64,000 nucleotides of DNA, from NCBI GenBank assembly GCA_013265495.1, contig MU058213.1, forward strand, positions 5,046,854 to 5,110,853, read 5' to 3'. The first letter of the stretch is position 1. Every line of letters starts with the position of its first letter. Positions 28,043-42,398 of the stretch are shown here, piece after piece. Made by a program: the position numbers and the translations under genes. The notes beneath the pieces were generated by a model. It worked only from the letters and a program-made list of their open reading frames with translations. It had not been told where the DNA came from and did no database searches. The stretch is from Vicugna vicugna. Lineage: Eukaryota.

Positions 28043-31000
28043 TCATCAGCCTTTGGTTTGTACCTCTGTGCAACCATGTCATAGTTGTCTGTTTCCACTT
28101 TGTCTAGATCTAGATTACAGACTTCCTGAGAGCAGGGACTGGATCACATAGATCTTTTTCATGCCCTCAAGGTCAAGAACATTGTTTGTACTGAGTAGAT
28201 CATCATAAATTTGCATAGAGGTTTAAAATGTCTTTCTGGTTTTTGATTACATGAGTAATACATATTCAGCGTTCAAAACAGGTGAGAAAAAAAGGAAGAA
28301 CACAATTGTTTAAATTATCATAATTACTAGCCCTCCTTAGAAATCACTGCTTAACTTCTGGAGTGCACGCACGCACACACACACACACAAAGTCACCCAA
28401 GCACATTTGCATGTGCACACACGTTCATTTGTGTATGTGTATAAAATAACTTTAAAAAACTGGGTCATATTTCACAGGCTGTTCCGTAAATTTTTTCTTA
28501 TTGAACAATATATCTCATAAATGTCTGTGGAATTACATTGAAAATGGTGTAACTAAGTGATTCGCATTTTGGGGGCTCGCATCGTATTATACCTGGGGAT
28601 GTTGGTATGACTGGCTATATCATGTTCCATAACTTGGCATGCTAACCATTTTGTGTAGTTGACTGGTTGTATTTCCTTTTTTGAGGTAAATGCAAGTGAT
28701 ATAAATTATTCTAGAATGTTGAAAAAGATGGGCAGCTACCCAGTTCATTACATAAAGAAAAGCTAACCTTGGGACACCCAAAATTGATCAACATATCATG
28801 ACAACAAGAAAGAAAGAAAAACTACAGCCCAAATTCTCTTAGGAATATAGATTTTAAATGAAATGCAAGAAAAGAGGCTGGTAGTAATTAAGAAAAAAGA
28901 AGAACAACAGCTAATCCTTATAGAGACATTTCCACATGCCAGTGACTGGTCTGAGTGTTCTCCATACACAGATTCATGTATCTTCCTAGTAGCCTAGGAA
29001 GTACCCTTAAAAAAATTTTTTTTAAAACACAGATGAAGAAACAGGTACAGAGAATGTCGGCTTGTCCACGGCTACCCTCCTAGGAAATACACACCAAGAC
29101 CACATAAGGCTTTTGTTCCAGCAATGTATGCACACATTATAAAGAAATCCGATGGAACTGAGTAGAATAGGTTTAACAAGGAAAACAAGATCATCTTGAC
29201 AGACTAAGACTGAAAAAGGCATCCGAGAAAAAGTGATGCCTCTTTTAATAAAACTACTATAAGAATAGGAACAGAATGGTATTTTTGGTATTTTATTTAT
29301 ACTAAGGAGTATATATTTCACATCAATGTATCTCTGTTAAAAAAATCAGTTTCAAAGTGTGACTTCCTCACTTCTACTTTACTAGCAACCAAAAACACAA
29401 GTCAGTTAGGACTATATTATAGTATACATGAAAGTTCTCTCCTTTTGACAGAAAGTATTCTTTGTTTGAAAATTTTAAGGAAAAAACCTAGAAAATTACA
29501 ATGCATATAAACACTTCCCATAAACCTGTTTTCTGGGACAACTCCAACACTTTTGTGTACATATGCTTTTCCCTTACTGAACTAGGATCATACAACTACA
29601 CTTTGAAGCATATTGTTCATAGTAAATGTTGAAAGAAAACATCTTTTCTCATTGAATACAGTTATATACTCATTGTACCTAAATTTTAACAGCTGCATAG
29701 TATTCTACCAAAAGTATGCACCATAATTTAACCTTTGGACATTTCTAGTTTTGTGGGGCTATTATAAATAGAATGCAATTAACATCCTTGTCCCTCAACC
29801 CACTTTCACAGCCCTGAAAGTTAGTTTAGGTCAAATTAAACCTAGACAAGTATTAAAATTTCTTACCTATTCTGCCAAACCACCATCCTAGAGTATTTCC
29901 CAGAATCCAAATGAGTTGTGTGCAGTGTTTGAAAAAAATTACAAAACCTTACTGAAGTTGTGATTATTTTTAATACATCCATTTACTGTTATCAGTAGAA
30001 ATTCACTGTTGAACAATTTAATAATTCCACTGAACTACTGGAGTGGGGAGGAAGTGGCACTGCCCTACCTTCCTGGTGGAAGGAGAGCCTAGTACAGCGA
30101 CTCTAGGAAGGCAATGCATACATCGTATTCCTGAATAAGAGGAATATACGCCATGAAGCTGTCAGTTCTTCCCCAAATCATTTGCAAGTTTAATGCAATG
30201 CCAGCAAGGAGTTCTTAGAATTCGCCTCAATGGTTCTCAAAGGTATTTGGCAGCATGAGCAAGAAAAAATATCCAACGTTGCCAAAGAGAAGGGTAAGGG
30301 GACAAGATGCTCCTCACCATATTTAAAAGCAACGACAGTTAAAGCAATAACAGTGCAGATCCCGGTGTGATCCTTCCTCATACGTGCCAAGCGCCTCCTC
30401 CACTCACACTGCTGACGGGAAAAGAGGTTTTCTCACCAGCTGATAAAACTGTGCGGAGCTCAAGGTTGTAGCGCCCACTTCATTCCCTAAGTGTAATTAA
30501 GTAATAGCAGAGAGAAATCCAAGTGCGCGTTTGTTATTTTCCACAAGGCCTTGCCTTCCGTGGGGAAGGGCCCCCGACTGTAACAAGATACGCTGTAATT
30601 GGGCCTAATTGCCTCTCTCCTATCTCGTGGCTTATTTAATATGATAAAAACAGCTCTGTTTATGTTGTCCTTTTAACTTTTTCAAGAACTTTCTAGCACA
30701 CAGGCAGGACGGGGAGGCACAGCTCTAGCTCCAGATGGTAGGCTGTGGAACTCTGAGAATTCCTGCGATTGTGGAAGGCGGGATGTGGGCGGACTTTGGC
30801 TGCTGTTGGCCATGTTAGAGCCTGACTTAAGGATGGGAAAATGGAGCTGCTTGTGCCCCCAAACCCAGATTTTTTAATACCAGGGATTAGACTCCATCCC
30901 TGGCTGCTCTCATTTAAAACATACTCCTCTGAGAACACGTGGTCACTCTTTATAAAAACAGAAGATAGTTTGCTGAAACCTATCTGTGGGAAACTTTCCC

Positions 31001-34000
31001 ATGTAGTGTTGCTGCACAGGCCTTTCCATTTAAAGAATAATTTGAAAGAACACTAACACTTAACAGTTAGAAAGAGACCCACCCACCCGCCCACACAGAT
31101 GCTCACATACAGAAAAGTCAAACCGGTTGGCACTGACACCCAAGCCCTCCGAGTTCAAAGCAAGAGCCACCTCGGAGTTCCCACCGTCTGAAGAGGACCT
31201 TGGCTTTTTCCTTTGAAGTGTTTCCTTTGAAGGTCAAGGTAAAGGGGCCATGTTGACTCAAGAAATTGCGAATCGATAAAAGGATGTGGCCTCTGCTCTA
31301 TCACACATTTGTAATGTTCACATGAGGTTAACAAAACAAATGGTTTTGACTGATGCGTGAGCTGGGGCCAGCCTTTCTTCTCAAATTGTCCCCTTCACAA
31401 GAACATTCCTTCAGGATATGGGAGAAGCAAGGATGCACCACGGTCTCAAACCAGTTACTGGATTGATGTGAAGTGCCTTAAATTTGTAGTCATCCCATCA
31501 GAACTGGTATCTTGCAATTGGCTGCTGTTTGCTGAGGTTGTGAAGACTGAACTTGGAATTGGAATATCTGGATCAGAGTCCCCATTCCCCTGTCCCCTGA
31601 CAAGTCTCCTTCCCGTTTTTCTTGACCTGCCTCATACTAAATTCCTGAAGAATTTCTTAAAACAAGCTGAAAAATGAGAAAACCCAAAGTTTCCTCACTT
31701 TCTGAGCATAGAACCCAGAAGTAGTTAGAACTTACAAGGTGAATTCTAAGAGGAGCTCCAACACTGAGATGGGCTTAGCCGGGCAGAATTTTTCCAGTGA
31801 AAGCAACTGAGTAGCAAATCGAGTGTTCAATAAGCTCGCTTACACTCCAGAGACCTTCTCAACAATGCAAGAAGCATCACTAGACTATCTGCACCAGATG
31901 TATCACTTATTTTGGAATCTCCAGCATCTGGAATTATCAAGCTGGACTAGGCACACAGTATTAGTCGACTTCAACTCATCAGGAAACGCAGCATGTTCTC
32001 TCCACACCCATCCCTACCCTTATCCACACAGATATTTGGTCTGAATTCTGAGTCTACGAGAAATGATGTATACCACGAACTGAATCTAAAAGCACTTCTC
32101 CATCATGAGAAAATGAGTTGTCCGGCAGGGTCAGAAAACCAGAGATGGCAGATAACCAAGAAAGATCAAGCATTTTGTTTTGAGGTTGATGCAGGTAGCA
32201 CATCTCCCCCAACCCCACCCCGTCACTAATAAGGTCACTCACGGGATTTGGAATGGATGATGCATATGCTGGTCACCAAATGGCCTGCCTCAGAGCCCCA
32301 GAGGGTCTTATGTTTGGATAAAGTCACTGCAGCCTCTCTGTTGTTGTTTACCTCGAGTCTCAATTCGAGGGGCTTCTTCCATCACTTCCCCCAGCCCCGC
32401 CAAGGAAATACCACCCAGAGAGCTAAGAGATCAACAACAGAGTTTGTAAGGTGGGTGAAAAGACACTACATTCGTTTAGGAAAGTAAAGAACAGGCGTGC
32501 TCGGAGCTAAGAGTGATTTTGGCTACCCCAGGATTTTACATAAACATCAATATAAATAAACATACATACAGATTTATATGTGGGTATATATATATCGGAT
32601 TGATTATATATCCATGTCAGGCGTTCCTATATCTGGAATTATTCATATAGGGTAGAAATTACATGTTAGTGGCTATTTTGGTCCTAGGGCAAAAAGGAGC
32701 CAACTTTCTCCACATTCATAGCATTTTGTATCTTTCCAAAGCACCAAGTTCATTAAATCTTCATTAATATCTTGTAAGGCAGGGAGGGTGAAAATCCCTT
32801 CTCTCTGAGACGGAAACCTGTATGCCCAGGTCACTCTGGAAGACTGAATCTCTCCCTACCCAGGACTTGGACTGGCCCACGCCAGCATGGATGCCCTCCC
32901 CAACCCCTCAGTGGTCTGGCTCATAGAGGAGGGTCAAGGATGCCCTTTGTCCCATTCCTCCAGATGGTCTCCTAAGTGGGCGGTGGAACTGTCACCCTAC
33001 AGCCCTTCAGGTCATCATGCAAATGAAAGCCCCTAGGTGGATTCTCTGAGGAAGTCTGTCGAGAGAAGGTTGCTGCAATCCAAGTGTGGACACAGGGTGT
33101 GCCAGTGATGTGTCCACCATTTGGTCGCCTCCAAAGATGTTGGTTCAGCTGCTTGGGGAGGGATGGGAATGATATTTGGGGCTGGGGGTGGCCAGAGGCC
33201 CAGACTGTTTCTGAGGCATAGCTTGATGGTTGTGATTAATTGAGGAGACTGAGGTGGAACAGTCTTGTAGGAGTTAAAGGGGCTGAGGTCTTAGAGACCC
33301 AGAAGGGCTGAACCCTGGGTCCTGCTGATCAGCAGTTGCTCAAACTTTTAGAACAAAAACACGTTAGCAAGCATTGCTGTCGGTTCAATTCACCTTCATT
33401 CTATTCTCCACATTGCCCCCAGAAGCAAACCAGACATTCTGTGTAGGACTTTGTTCAGAACCCTTCAGTGGGGTGGAATGTTAACTGGAGTTTTCTTTAG
33501 GTAGCAGAATACTGGATGGTATTTTCCCCACTGCTTTTAACTTCTATTTTTAAAAAAATATTGTCTACAGAAAACAAGCATTCCTTTAGAACACTCTGAA
33601 TGCATTTTTAAAGAAATCCTATGTTTCTCTGCCCTTAGGAAATGTATGTGTTTGTCCCTGTTGGCAAGACCCTCCATCTAAAGTCCCTGCTTTCCCACTG
33701 AGTGCTCGTCCACCACTGGCCTTCAGATGCGCTTTATCCTCTAGCCAGCTGGAGCTGTTCCCTATCTCTCTCCACTCCCCTCAGCCTCCTCTGTGTGTCC
33801 TTACCACAGTGTTCTGCCTGGAGGCCTTCAAGCTCCTTTGTCTCCCTGGCTAACACCTTTCTCATCCTTCAAGACTCAGATCAAGTATCATTTCCAGGAT
33901 CTTTACCTATTCTGACTCTACCTTCACCCCAGGTATATGTTTCCATCGTCAAACACACAGTCCTGAACAGCTGCTGGAAGTTCCTCGTACCCAGAACAAA

Positions 34001-35559
34001 AAGGAAAACAGCATTTGAAAAACTCAATGTTTCTGGGAATACCCAATGATAATCTAAACTTGATTTTGGGCTTATGTCCAGGATTGGCTCACAGTGTAAC
34101 TTCCTGGTGGGAGAGACAGAAAAAGTAAATTTATTGTTTACCAAATATATTACAATCCCTTATAGTTATGTAGGAATAAGAGTTTACAAAATGCTTTTGT
34201 GCTATGTTTTATTTGATTTACAACCAACATTTTGCATGGTATAAGCTGTCCTACCCGCACTGCAGGGATGAGGACACTAGGGTTACAGAGGTAAGGTAAC
34301 TTGTCCATGGCCCCACATCTCATTCTCCCTCATGTGAGAGCCAGGATGTGGGCTCTGAGGTGTAGCTTGACTGCTGCTCTTTCATTATATCAAAGGGCAT
34401 TTAAGATAAGCCATGGTGTTGGAAGGCACCTTAGTGTATACTGAGTCAAGACCCCATCTAGTCCCTGAATGGCCTCTGCTCTTCTGTCTCTCCTCCCCTT
34501 CCCCAACACACACATCTTCTCACCCAGCTCCTGTTTCCTATGCCCAGAGACAGGGCGCTCGCTACCTGCTCTTCGATCTTTCAGTAACTTTGAGAAGCCA
34601 CAACTTATTATTGAATTCTTCAAGCCAAGTATTGTGCTCAGCGTTTTACAAATAAAACAACAACCTTATGTGATAGCTAACACTCCTTCTGTTTCACAGA
34701 GGAGAAACCTGATATATACAAGAGGTGAAGTATCTCCAGGTTGGTCATACAGCTGGTTAGTTACAATATTGGGATTCAAGCCCAGTTTGTCTGATACTCG
34801 TTTTGTTCAGCCAAGACCAGACTTGCTGTAGTTCATAGTCATTCGCTTTTTCTTGTTGCCCCTCAAAGACAGTATGAACTCACTTTTATATGTGAGAGGG
34901 TCTGAATTATTTATAGGCAAGTACTTGTATTCTCTCAGAATCTCTCCTCAAGCTAGATATGACCAGCTCCTCCACCTCTTGAAACAACACTCTCAAGTTC
35001 GCTCTCCAACAGCTAATTGCTCTCCTTTGCATCTTGACTGGTAGACTGAGTGAAAAGACACACACAGGATGACCACTCAAGGAGCTCCATTAGGGAAGAT
35101 CCTATGTATCTGACCAGTGTGGACACTGGATCGGATCAAGAGAGCAAGGGAGATCTTGGAGTCAAACAACTTTTGAGCTGGAAGAGACTTGAGGAATCAT
35201 AGAATTCCAACCTCACTTGCTAGGGAAGAAATAAACCTATGGATAGTAAGGAAACTGCTCAAGATCACGCAGCTAGCCAGTGACAGAGCTGGGTCTTTGG
35301 ACCCAAGTTGAGCGCACTTTTTACGAGACCATCTTGCCCTTGCTTCTCTTTTCCATCTTCTCTCTCTCAAACACATATGTATCTTACAGTAGGCCTAAAA
35401 TTGCTGGTAAAAATCAGCTTCCGATTTTAACTAATGAAAGATTTTCTATGACTATAGAACAACAGAGTCACGCTTGATTAATAGAACATTAACCAAGCCA
35501 TTTTCATTGAATTTGGGTTCCAAAAGTGCCTGGAAAGCTACCTGAAAAGATGTCAAATA

Positions 35560-36700
35560 ATAATTGCAAAAGACACATCTGATAAGGGACTGTTTTCCAA
35601 AATATGCAAAGAACTCTTCCAACTCAATAGGAAGGAGACAAATGACTCGACTGAAAACTGGGCCAGAGATTTTGACACTTCAAAGATGATGTACAGATGA
35701 CAAGCCTATGAAAAGATATTCCATATCATATGCCATCAGGGAAAAGGTGTACCAACTGAGGAACCTGAACAATGAGTATGACTTCACATGCTGCCATCAC
35801 TCCCTCTGCTCATCTTAGACTGATAAGCTCTGAACATGCATCAACCCACTCTCCCCTCCTTCCCAGACTCTGGGAATGCTTGCCCAAGTTGTCCACTACT
35901 TTCCAATTTTAATTCAAATAGTGAACTGTAATATAGTTCGCAACAGAAAAAAATGAAGTGTTTTATTTTATTTTTTTTTAGAGAGAGAGTTATAATAAAG
36001 TTGGTATTTAAGACATGGGGGGAGCATTCAATGTAGGAAAGGAACAAACATCCAGAAGGAAATGAATAGAAGACCCTGGAGATGTTAAATGTAAAGATAA
36101 ACTAAACAGAAAAACAGGTAGTACATACCAGATTGGCTTATCTGCTAACAAAATGAACTCCACAAAATCTAATATTAGAAAGGAAACAACTCACCTCAAG
36201 AACATAAACTAACCCTTTGAATGATTAATAAGAGTAAATACCTCCATGAAATGATTTCCTCCCACCCCAATAAAGTAGTAACCCAAACAAGAAACCCTGA
36301 GAAAGTAACTGTGGAGGCAACTGAGGATGTCAAAGAACCTTCCCCCAAAGGAACCCAGACCAGGGGTTCACTGCTAAATACTTCCAGACATTAAACAAGT
36401 GATAATTCCTATGTTATGTAAAACCTTTCAGAGCAAAGAAACATAGGAAACTGCCTAATTTCTACACCCTCATTCTGATAAAGATGGTTAAAAAAACCCA
36501 AAAAACCTAAGAAGACCAAGAAAAAGACTGATCTTTTTTGAATTAACAAAACAGCAAATGGAATTTACTAATACATTAAGATACTAATATATCACAATCT
36601 AGTTGCACTATCTCAAGAACATAGGAAGGCTCCATGTAAGAAAATTTGGCATGTTAATTTTTAAACACACTCCTCGGTTAAATTAAAAATTCAAAATAAT
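35560..36700 (+). mobile_element. Decayed L1 ORF2 fragments
   Basis: ttgcaaaagacacatctgataagggactgttttccaaaatatgcaaagaactctt (SDKGL.S.I..EL motif) and ccagaccaggggttcactgctaaatacttccagacatt. Confidence 0.65.
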
Positions 36701-37899
36701 TTAAATAGGTTTAGAAATCTACTTCCCCAAAATTGGGAAGAGCATCAGTTCCAGAGGACTAATAAGCATTTTGTTAGACATGTAGAAATTACTTTTGGAA
36801 ATAGTAAGGGATTTTATTTCCCCTTTGAACTTTATTTCCCTAGCTGCATTCCACCTCCCAAACCAGAAGGTGGATATCTGACTTCTGTAGCTGGCCACAG
36901 AAATGTTTCAAAGCCTTTCTTTTCTTTCCTTTTGGGGTAAAATGAACCCAGCCTGGATGACTGTTCTCAGAATTCTCCCCCAGGATGGCAGCTGGGCCGT
37001 GGGGTTGATGCTCTATAACAGGATAGGACAGAGGGTTAGGAAAAGCTTACAGTTTCCAACTCAAGGGTGTGGAAGCAAGAAGCAAGAGGGGAGAGAGGAG
37101 GCAGCTTCAAAGTGTGGAAGATTAGAGGCATGTGCTCCAACCTCTCTATTTTGGGGCTTTGAAGGCTGAGATAAGAGAAGCGGGGACTGGGGGCTATGAG
37201 GGGACACCGAGGACTCTTGTTTAGGCCTCTGGAGGCAGCCACCTGCAGGTGGTTCCTTTACCAAAGAAGAAGGTACTTCTGGCCCAGCACCTGCAAGAGA
37301 TGGGCGAGTCCCTCCTGGGGAAGAATCTGGAAGGGAGTGGAATTGAGAGCCACTGATCCCACCAGGGACCCCTTGTGGGGAGGAGCCTAGTGACCACCAG
37401 AGCCGGAGGAGGCACGTGGTGCAGCTCCGAGGAGCTACAGGCCCAGGCGTTGATGGTGGTTGGGTCACCAGACTGACTAAGCCACCAAGGAGACCAGCCA
37501 CAGCACTCACTTGCCAATGCCTGCAAGACGGGCAGGGACCGTGCAGAACAGGGGCACTTCAGGAGAGACTGGTGAGGATTTCAGGATATTACACACATCT
37601 GAGGATTTCTTTTCCACCTGCTTGAGACCCAGGCAGCCACCACCTACAAGATCAGTGATTGTGTGGTCCTGTAGGTTACCAGCATATCTAATCACAGGTG
37701 ATGAAAGCATGTCCTCAGGTCCATGATCTGAATATTCGTGCTATTGATTGGTTAAAGAGTAAACTTCCCCACAGAGAAAAGAATATTCAACTGCTGGAAG
37801 GATACCAACTTTGTAAGTTTTGAAGTCATACAATAAATTTGAAAGGAAATAAACTTCCCATGGGCAATCTAAGAGCTTCTGCCTAATGACATAAAAGTG

Positions 37900-39640
37900 G
37901 AGCTTAAAAAATATTCTTAACAGTGTAATACAGAGACGACCCTTCCATGACAAAATAAAAAATTCTCTAATATATGCAACATTCATAACATTGTGCCTAG
38001 TGGTAAGGTATTATTTATTCCCATTAAAGAAATTATGTGGATAAGGAAAACATAGGTAATTGTTGTTATGACTGTAAGATTTTTTAAGCCCAAAAGTAAT
38101 GGAAAAAAATCCAGAGGCTTAGAAAGAATTATATACAAATTCAAAGATCTTCTTAGTATTTAAGAAGAAATAAAAGTAAAAAGAGGATAAATCTGCAAGA
38201 AAATATTTGCAGCATTTAGGATTAATCTCTTTAATTCATAAAGAGCCCCTAAATAAGTCTCAAAATGAAAATGATCAAAAGACACAAACACTCTTAAAAA
38301 TATATACAGATCATGAAAGTATTTTGAGCCTCACTAGTAACCCAAGAAATACAGATCCAAACGATGAGGTGCCATTTACTTATCAAATTGGCAAGATTTT
38401 TAAGAAGTCAGACTCACTGCAGGGTAGGGTTTTGTGAGACAACCAAACAAACCCTGATGGGACTGTAGATTCATCTTATTTTTCTGGAAAGAAAATTGGC
38501 AATATATACCCAGAATCTTAAGATGTTTCTTTTCTGTGACACAATTCTACATCTGATACTCTATCCTTTGCAAATAGGAAGGAAGAGATTTACATCCAAG
38601 AATAGTCTGAAAGACATTGCTTGTACTAAAAAGTTAGGACCAGCCTGAACACCCAGCGCCAGAGAAATAATCACAATACATCAGTATGGTGGAATAATGT
38701 GTACTTTACACATTACTTCTGCAATCAAGAATATTTCCAACATATCAACTTAAAATAAGAGACAAAAACATGATAAAATTTAAGTGGTGCTGGGTAATGG
38801 ACTCTTTTCCCAATTTAATGATTTTTAAATGTGAATATTTGATTTTTATAACCAACAAGTGTTAGTTTTATAATCAAGAACAGAAAGAAAAGTAAAAGAA
38901 AAAAGAGCAGTGACTAATACTGTGAAAATTTCCTACTTATAAAAGCATCAAGATCAATAGATAAATGAGAAAAGGACAAAATAACTTGCATAAAAGGAAA
39001 TTAACACTGTACATATTAGAAATTCTTCAGATTCTACTTTGCTGGCAATAAAAGAAATTCAAATTATACCAAGTCTAGGCACGAATTCATGACAAAATTT
39101 AAGTTAGAAACAAAATAATTTCCAATGCTGAACAGGCTAGAGTGTAATTAAGAGTCTCCAAGTGCCAGGTTAAATTAATCCAACAGCATATAAAAGCTGT
39201 TTGGTTCCACACGAATGTGGTAATAATGTTCATGTTCTTTGAAGAGTTGAATTTCATACTGGTATGCTTCTAAGGAAACTGTTCAACAGGGAAAGGAAAG
39301 ATAAAGCCATCTACTGCAATTTTACTTAAAATATTAAAACAATGAATTGGAATATATAGTAAAGAACGAGGTACATCATGGTATGTCAACCTGATAGACT
39401 TATACTACTCTGAAAATAAAAAGGTAATGCTCCAAAAATAAGAATGCATGATAAATGCTCCGAAAATAAAAATGTATGGTAACTATCTTGAGTGGGAAAT
39501 AAATGCAGAAGGCAAGATTGCAGGCAGACTGTAATGACATTAAAAAACAGAAACTAGGAAGGAGGGCAAGAAGGTGTTAGGGTGGTGAAATTGAGTAAAT
39601 TTTTTGTAATTAAATCTAGTCTTGCTATAACTTTTTTTTT
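37900..39640 (+). mobile_element. Decayed L1ME-like fragments
   Basis: A-rich; aaatatttgcagcatt...ctcactagtaacccaagaaatacagatc...gaggtgccatttacttatcaaattggcaa ORF2 3' motifs. Confidence 0.55.
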
Positions 39641-40360
39641 AACAATGCACAAAAATCAGGGGGAAAGTTATCGGGGGGTGAAGAATAAGAGGTTATATAT
39701 AATCATCTATACACTTAATCATCAGTTGGTGTCAGGGACCATCTTATATACGTACCTGTCAAGAATGTATTCTCTTATTTTCTTAAATGAGTGAGACAGT
39801 AGCCTTAAGAAGCAAAGAACTTGTTTGAGGTTACACACTCAAAAATTCTGAAATGAAGATTTTATCTCACTTCTGACTCTACTATGCCACCTGCCTCTAA
39901 GTGTGTATGCACTCCTGGCTGTTAAAGAGGTCTGGGGCACATGTCCAGGATGTGTGGCTGCTGAGATTCCTGCAAAGGAACAAGCCAGATAAGCATCTTG
40001 TTCCTCACAACCCTCCTCTTGAACGCTAGAGACCAGTGGCAACAGCCGAGACCAAGGGCTTCAAGGAGATCTGTGGGCCCACACCCACCCCATTCGACTC
40101 AGACAAAGCGGAAGACACAGATCAGATACTGGCACCAGAGAAATCGTGGCCGTCGCTGGGAGGCCCCTGTATCTTTCAGGCTGGCATCAGACAGATATTG
40201 CTGAGACGAGCTTTCTCCACAAAGCCCAAAAGAAATTGGGAGAAAATGTGAAGGACAGTAGTGAGAAACACTGTCCCCAGTGAGGACGTAGAAGACCACA
40301 ATGCGAGAGCACCTGGCAATGGAAGGCTCCCACTGCCCCTCTGACTTAATTTGTCCAAAA

Positions 40361-40843
40361 CAAGTCTTCTTGACCTGGGGTCTGTGGTCTCACATCAGAC
40401 AGAAATCATTATTTTCCTTAACCTTTCATAAAAGTTCCCATTTCCTTTCATTTTTAATATGGGTAAACAGCCACAGCTGTAGGAGCAATACCTGTGAATT
40501 TATCACTAATTGAAATCACAGCTATTTTCATACAATTCTCTGGTTGTTACAAATATTTCTAAGTATCATTTGTACTCAGCAATTCTTTTAACATTAGTCA
40601 TTTCTAGGTCTGCCGCTAGATTTTTTTTAATGCATTAAGGATACACATGTAATACTCTATCACAAATTTGTTTTCTCAGATTAAAAAATTTCAATAACTG
40701 TATTTCAATATAATTGATTTCCTTTGTCATGCTACATATTTTATTTTATATATTTAAGAATGTTATTCTGATGGAGTTCATGGGCTTCACCACGTGCTTC
40801 CAAAGAGGTTCACGGCTTAAAAAAATATATTTAGGGGGCCCTG
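40361..40843 (-). mobile_element. hAT-Charlie element (Charlie4a-like)
   Basis: cttcttgacctggggtctgtgg end; internal ataactgtatttcaatataattgatttcctttgt and catgggcttcacc...ccaaagaggttcacggc match the recalled consensus. Confidence 0.7.
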
Positions 40844-42398
40844 GCAAGTAAAAATATCAGGCAACTCAGTTTTTTTTTTTTATTGTGAGTCCCCTTGTGG
40901 CAGTTATGCAATATTTCTGTTGTGAATTGATACATACTTATGAAAACAATGACTGCGCCATTTCCCGTTAGGCAGTGTTCAGGAGATGCCTCCAGAGATT
41001 CTATCTGGCAACATTCTGTCTTCATTTAAATCCTTATTCGTATTTTGAGGACGCCTTTCCTTGCTCCTGTTTTCAGACGGCTGTCTATCTTATAGTCCCA
41101 AGAAGTGTGATCCTTCCACTTCCGGTGCATGGACCTGATCAACAGCTTGGATTTTGGGGTGTTCATTTTTCCCCAGTCTGTTCCCTCTATCCCACTTTCC
41201 CATGGGAAAGGGGCACTATGTGATTATTACTTATGTTTGGAAATGACTGCACACGGTGATGAGTAAATACACTGGACTCAGAGTTACAAGGCATATAGAT
41301 GGAGTGTGGAGTTATAGGTGATAATACTAGTTAAATAACAGATAGCATTTTGAAGGCTACTGTGTTTGCAGCTTAATTCCCTCTATGGTTTACTTGTAGC
41401 TTTTAATATACAGAACTCCCTGAGGCAATTATTAATACACACACTTTACCGATGAGGAAAATAAGGCACAAAGAGGTAAAGTAAGGACATGCAGAGGATA
41501 ATGGCAAAGTCAAAGTCTGAATTCATGCCGTTTTCACACCTCGTGCTCATAACCATCACACTAATTCTCCTCCCTTGGATGTGGGAATCCTTCCAAATGT
41601 CTGATATGTATAAAAACAATGTAGAAATGAAATATATTGTCTATGTAGTGCAAAGATTTAAAAAGTTACTTAGAAGAAATAAAAGCCCAAGTTTAGAGAA
41701 TTATGTGATTATTGCCCATTAAAAAAGAATTGATGTTAGGTACACACAAAATGCTGAACCCTCTGCTCAAATAAACTTGACAGAGGAAGGAGGAGTCTTA
41801 AGGACGCCAGTTAGACTCAGATTGAAAGTTAGTCTGTTATCTTAAAAGCTTCCAAAGGATAAAAGAAAAAAAGAAAAGGTAAACCTTCTACACATAATGC
41901 AGGTCACCCAAGTAGACCCAAACTAAAAACGATTAGGTTTCTCTCCTTTCACACTTCACCTTCAGGCAAACATCTATTTGATAAAACTGGTTTAGAAAAT
42001 TCCTGTTCCATTTAAGTCCACACTTACCAAATAGGTTTAATCAAATCACAGAGCATATCAACAAAATTCAATTTCAAACAGATGAAAATCTTAGTTTTCA
42101 AGAGCGAAATTTTTGTTGTCTTCCCCTCAGACTTACAAGGATATTCAAACGTGGCCAACTGTATATGGTGAGGCAGCTGTTATGCCCAGTTTAGGACTTG
42201 CTCTTCCACAGGTTTCCAATTGGTTTTCTCTGAGCTCTGAGAAAGGCTGTAGGGATAAGGGTTAGTGCCATACGCATCTCCTTCCTTCCCCAGGTCCTTG
42301 CCTTGTATTTGGTTAATTCTCAGCACAGGTGTGCTTAAATTTAACTGTGACAGATGGATATGAGTGTCCATGATCGAAGGTCACTGCAGCTGTGTTCC

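Larger units (their letters stand above)
25870..28220 (+). mobile_element. L2 LINE relic interrupted by younger L1, MLT1 and MER81-like insertions
   Basis: Pyrimidine-rich L2-like blocks (ctagctcaggccctcacgctttcttgtctg; tctggaataaagcacaaactt; cttcctgagagcagggactg) on both sides of the inserts. Confidence 0.6.
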
